The translations under genes and the position numbers were made by a program. Under the pieces are notes generated by a model, which was given only the letters and a program-made list of their open reading frames with translations, was not told where the DNA came from and did no database searches. Below, in pieces: positions 63,736 to 64,000 of a stretch of 64,000 bases of DNA. The stretch covers positions 36,704,001 through 36,768,000 of the forward strand of contig CM060732.1 in NCBI GenBank assembly GCA_030704615.1, read 5' to 3'. Origin of the DNA: Takakia lepidozioides (Eukaryota > Plantae > Bryophyta). Positions within the stretch are counted from its first letter, which is position 1; each line of letters begins with the position of its first letter.

Positions 63736-64000
63736 ATGTTCCTTTTGTTTGGCAGCTTCTTGGTCGTGCTGATCAAGCTCGACCATTCTGCAGAAGCCCG
63801 TCCTCCTCCTCAAACCGTTAATCGAAACCCCAGCCCAGAGGAATTGGGCACTATGGCTCTAGATTGCAACAGTGGCTTTCTTAACGACTCCGCCAAGCTG
63901 AAGATGGTGAGGGGGAGGTCTTTGAGTGTTAGTAAGCATCGGTCTGCAAAATTGGAGGAGCTTGTGGATTCTTTGAGCCGTGCATACAACGAAACTGTTG
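63736..64000 (+). CDS. Possible secreted protein, runs off the window end
   Basis: Open frame MFLLFGSFLVVLIKLDHSAEA-RPPP... with a signal-peptide-like start and no stop before 64000. Confidence 0.3.
   Translation, partial: MFLLFGSFLVVLIKLDHSAEARPPPQTVNRNPSPEELGTMALDCNSGFLNDSAKLKMVRGRSLSVSKHRSAKLEELVDSLSRAYNETV

Overview
Eukaryotic nuclear DNA from a land plant: spliceosomal introns, plastid ClpD, PLS-DYW PPR genes and plant transposons. The PPR style and a Tcn1-like chromovirus suggest a non-seed plant such as a bryophyte (inference). The window has three zones. (1) 1-16.8 kb is gene-dense and mostly intact: the 3' part of ClpD, a PLS-PPR editing factor with an OSB-type PDF motif and a broken DYW domain, a small ORF, a DnaJ and an alpha/beta-hydrolase. 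(2) 17-37 kb is a nest of decayed transposons: a Ty3/gypsy element with a dUTPase-like domain between protease and RT plus an extra upstream ORF, a Dualen/RandI-like LINE remnant with a 2A-like motif, a Tcn1-like chromovirus, a hAT element with inverted hairpin arrays and a tRNA-derived SINE. (3) 37.5-60 kb is mostly host-gene fragments (thylakoid protein, scrambled PPRs, B3, AMP deaminase, PIG-V). It also holds a gag-PPR chimera followed by a fold-back PPR inverted repeat, and one intact intronless YJU2 paralog. The best novelty candidates are the PDF-PPR-DYW architecture (seen twice), the gag-driven PPR hairpin and the dUTPase-bearing gypsy element. All family calls come from motif recognition by eye; no searches were run.
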